Shown here in pieces: positions 60,546 through 64,000 of a stretch of DNA of 64,000 bases. The DNA lies in the NCBI RefSeq assembly GCF_902459465.1, contig NC_047066.1, positions 3,100,001 through 3,164,000 on the forward strand, read 5' to 3'. Source of the stretch: Asterias rubens (taxonomy: Eukaryota). A program made the translations under genes and the position numbers. Under the pieces are notes generated by a model. The model ran no database searches. It saw nothing but the letters and a program-made list of their open reading frames with translations, and was not told the DNA's origin. The first letter of the stretch is position 1; each line of letters begins with the position of its first letter.

Positions 60546-61577
60546 TTTGAGTTTACGATGGATTTGAGTTTTGCGTCTACTCAAGAGCGCCCGCAAAACT
60601 CAATCGCAAATTATCAAGACTTGCGACGGGCTTGCGACGGGCTTGCGATGGATTTCAAAACGTCCGACTTTAGTGAAATCAGTTTTTAAAATCCGTCGCA
60701 AACTTGCGACTGATTCCGTGATTTACGATGGATATTGGCTGTTTGCGATTGATTTAAAGTTTAGTGAAATCGGCCCCTGACATCGCCTTGCAGCTGTCTT
60801 CCAATGAATGCCCAAGTTGCCCCTGTGTAAAGGGCATATAGTTAAGTCCACTGATGCATGGGGCTCAAATATGCCAACTCGTGCTAAAATCAACTCAAAT
60901 TCAGATCCAAGTCCACTTGTTGGTATTTGTACCAGCTTTAAATGTGCCTTGATGTCTCTCCTACATGTGTTTAGTGCAACAACTGTGTGGTCATCAACAG
61001 GCGTTCTAGGGTGGCTTCCACATGCAGAACCAGTAATTACATTGAATGAGCAAGCCATGTCAATGTCCTAAAAACAAGATAAGGAAAAACAACACAATGT
61101 TAGCTTCAATTTGCTGATTATTAAGTAAATAGTTTCATTTCAGGCCTACACATTCAGTCATTTATAAATATGCAGTAGAATAACATGTAGCGCTATATAG
61201 TTACCTAAATGAGATATCCCTTTTTTGTAAAAATGAGTGAAAAAGTGGTGGCACCATACGGAAAGTTATCCGGCAATTCTTCACATGGTGTATTGTGGGG
61301 TTGCAGAACTTAATTTTTAAAATTGTTTACAAACATGGCAGGGGCGTGGCAGGGCATGCTCATTTTGTTTTTTTGGTTTTCCGAATGCGCTAAGTGTTAT
61401 AATAATTGAATGTGTTATATTATATTATTATAATATAATTTTTGTTTTGAAAGTTATTGTTACTGTATTTTTGTTTTATATTCAGTTTCAGCATTAAATA
61501 AATTGCAACATTGAAAACAAAAATTAATTAATGTCAAAAACAAACATTCTCAGTGCAACAATTGGTATCACACGACT

Positions 61578-61688
61578 TAGCCCACCTTGTTGAGCTGTTA
61601 ATGGCTCCGCTTTTAACATCGGTCTCATCATGACAGTGATAAGACCGATGTTAAAAGCGGAGCCATAACAGCTCAACAAGGTGGGCTA
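61578..61688. mobile_element. 111-bp foldback mini-element with 9-bp TSD
   Basis: Arms of about 52 bp (TAGCCCACCTTGTTGAGCTGTT...) with a short loop; TSD CACACGACT (61569-77, 61689-97). The paralogous site near 11550 has a single CACACGACT. Confidence 0.92.
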
Positions 61689-61752
61689 CACACGACTCCA
61701 CTACTGACTCATGATTATGACAGAACCCAATCATTCATAGTTAAATACTCAC

Positions 61753-62031
61753 GTGAGCTGTTTCATTTCCTACATCTTCCGACTCGTACACCAAACCCAA
61801 TGAACGTTGTGTGCTGTACAATGAGTACAACATATTTTGTTGTCTTTCTTCAATTTGACTTTGTATGGACATTGCACCGGCATTTGGGTCCCCGTATTGG
61901 TCATTTTCCTCCTCTTCATAACCAAAATCGCCATATTTATTCCCTCCGGATCGAGATGATCCAGACGGCACAAAAACGAAGTCTTTATCATCATCATCGA
62001 AAGGGTTTTTCGGACGTTTTCCGTAAGACAT
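61753..62031 (-). pseudogene. SNAP29: Duplicated SNAP29 exon 1 (93 codons); exons 2-3 do not follow
   Basis: MSYGKRPKNPF...MLYSLYSTQRSLGLVYESEDVGNETAH|gtgagt, with the donor intact. Homology to intron 1 stops at about 61201 and no copy of exons 2-3 was seen. Confidence 0.8.
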
Positions 62032-62697
62032 CTTGTTCTGTGGGTGTTTTTGTCAATAAATGACGTCACTCTCACTCTGGTAGTTTTCGCTGGTCAATAA
62101 CAATAGCTTTAGTTATGCAACAAAAGAATGTCGGGAACCAGTTATGTCCACAACCCACATCTTTTTTGAGGTCAAACATGGCTCTTTCAGTCAATGTATG
62201 TTAATTTGTAAAGGTTACTCGAAACAATACAATTTTAGTTTATATTAAGTTCTGAAAATGGTTGATTACATAAAAATTATATTTTTAAATGTATTTTCTC
62301 AGTTATTTAGTATAAAATCAGACTGTAGGCAATGTTTAAGATAATAAATTTGGAGCCGAAAGGAAAATAATAACAAACGTCATTTTGCTATCTTGCTGAC
62401 CGAAGTCGGTAACGAATAACGTCTGCATTTTTAAAGGTGGTATGATATTTTTTAACGAGAAAGGCGTGCTGAAAACAAGCATAATGCTATGAAAAGGGGG
62501 TTCTCATACTGGAGGGACTGCAGGAAGTGAGATTCCAGCTCTTTCTATTCATGCAATTCGTGATTGAACGGGGCGGAGAATCTCTCTCGTTGTGATTACG
62601 TACGTTCATGACGATCAGCTGTTGTGACCTTCGTTCGACTTTCGTCGTCGCTGAGTTTGGCTTGCTTCACGGCTTGTGACCCGGCCGGGGTGTAGGG

Positions 62698-62780
62698 ATG
62701 GCTTACCAGCAGTCCCCAAGCAAACGGCCCGCTTCCTCGTCTCGGGCTGCTGGGGTTTCGGTGAGGGCTCAGCCCGTTAG
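62698..62780 (+). CDS. BCAS3: Duplicated BCAS3 exon 1 (start of a second BCAS3 copy running out of the window)
   Basis: MAYQQSPSKRPASSSRAAGVSVRAQPV-AG|gtgaga. Same 83-nt length and donor as 12560-12642, with one amino-acid change (G>A). Confidence 0.8.
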
Positions 62781-64000
62781 GTGAGATTCAGATGAACCAG
62801 TGAATGGATATTGATAACTAGCTGATTGAACTGTTGACAAGCAAGTGTGTTGTGACTTTTGTGTTGTGATAATTTATTTAGCAAAATTATAAAATATGAT
62901 TACGTACTTTCTACTACAAACAATTGAAACATCAAATGTGACAACATGTTTAAAAATTAAATGAAACTTTGGGAAAATTTCCGTATCATGCCACCACTTT
63001 TTAAATTCGTATAAAATAAATGTGTGTCTAATTTACTGAAAGTGAAAGGAGGCATTTCTTTTGACAAAAAGGAGTGAAAAAGTAGTGGCAGGATATGGAA
63101 AATTTTCCGAAGCTACTTGCCTTGGCTCGTTTGTTTGGAATCTAAGTTAGAAACCCACTTTACTTCACCCATTTACTTCATTCTTGCTCTGTTGGTGTAT
63201 TTGTTTTTAAATTTTTTTCTCTGCATTTTGTTGTATTCCTTATAATGCGCAGTTTATAGAGCAATATAAATGTCCGTATTATTATTAGTTTACTTTCACT
63301 GTAAGTAAGTAAGTTAGTTTACTCCCTGTGGTTTTAAATAATTGAAAAAACAACTAAAGTTAAAGTCACCTGGAAGTGGTATTTTTTCAAAATAAAGCTT
63401 TTGTCACTAATATATGTGTTTTGATGAGTGGAATGTGAATAAACAGTTAACTAAGATTTTAAAAAATCAGTTCTTATGTTAAGAGTAGACCCCGACCCGA
63501 GAGGGCGCTGTTCGTGACGTCAATCGAGGCAGACTTTGCCTGTAATGCGTAGAGTAAACACAATTGCAAAGTACATGTACGGACCAAGTGGTGAGTTTGT
63601 ACGTTTAACAAAAAAAAAATTGTTTTTTTCCGGCAATGCCGACCAGGTGTATTACTGCTGAATGCAGAAAAACACTTTTTGAAATGTACCAACTCACGAC
63701 TTGGACGTACATGTACTTTGCACGTGTGTTTACTATACGCATTGCAGGCAAAGTCTGCCTCGATTGACGTCACAAAAGGGGTAGGCGGAGTCAGCCCCCC
63801 AAACAACTTTATATATTTTTTAAACATATAAATCGTGACAAACAGTTACTAAAAAAATTGTTTTATTGTTCGTAAGCATATACTCTTATGTTTGAAAGAA
63901 AAAAAAATCTATTTCCAGGTGACTTTAAGCACTTCGTCATTGTGAAAGTATTAAAACTTAACTTCCTTTTTAATTTTTTTATATTAAAAACAAACTTATT

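Larger units (their letters stand above)
46335..60776. mobile_element. PIF/Harbinger DNA transposon, 14,442 bp including nested insertions
   Basis: 18-bp TIRs GGGCCGATTTCACTAAAC at both ends; 3-bp TSD CTG (46332-34, 60777-79). Removing the element restores the flanking codons TGT CAG GTG CCA. Encodes a convergent Myb/SANT gene and a DDE transposase. Confidence 0.93.
36463..61067 (-). mobile_element. Degenerate large DNA transposon, probably Sola3-like, split by the Gypsy and Harbinger insertions
   Basis: Minus-strand coding pieces 61067-60780, 46331-46205, 46100-45981 and about 38560-37580 reassemble across two TSDs (ICPLHRGNLGIHWKTAARRCQ|VPSEVAGH...LIPVGA|AICKSCR...TRRQILSIMADK...HTSRMKLDMSQVDHFLTFIT...DLPFGEKVLNLSTGE). 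TTAA+GAG at 36459-36465 fits Sola3 termini. Stops and frameshifts are present, and no right-hand TIR is seen. Confidence 0.55.
61201..64000 (+). repeat. Segmental direct duplication (at least 2.8 kb, open at the window end) of 11186-13876
   Basis: Near-continuous high identity by eye, with scattered SNPs and small indels, at an offset of about 50 kb. It includes SNAP29 exon 1, the shared promoter, BCAS3 exon 1 and the same two MITEs. Confidence 0.95.

Overview
Eukaryotic, intron-rich, AT-rich animal DNA. The repeat families and gene style suggest a marine invertebrate deuterostome, probably an echinoderm (inference only). Host genes: a 2-exon CIMIP1/C20orf85-family ciliary gene (+, 3358-5135); an intact 3-exon SNAP29 (-, 9596-11887); and, head-to-head with it across 672 bp, a 15-exon BCAS3 (+, 12560-35714). 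This BCAS3 lacks a conserved internal exon, has changes at normally conserved residues and has no 3' end in the window. From about 36.5 to 61.2 kb lies a nested transposon stack. A Sola3-like transposase gene is split by (i) a 7.4-kb Gypsy LTR retrotransposon carrying an extra C2H2 zinc-finger ORF with a splice acceptor in the env position and (ii) a 14.4-kb PIF/Harbinger element with TIRs, CTG TSD, an intact 5-exon Myb/SANT gene and a MITE-interrupted transposase. The Harbinger itself contains a 4.1-kb ISL2EU-like element. From 61201 to the window end is a diverged direct copy of 11186-13876, i.e. the SNAP29/BCAS3 bidirectional promoter with both first exons. Many MITEs and tRNA-derived SINEs fill the introns. 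Exon coordinates and alignments were worked out by eye; family assignments rest on recalled motifs, not database searches.
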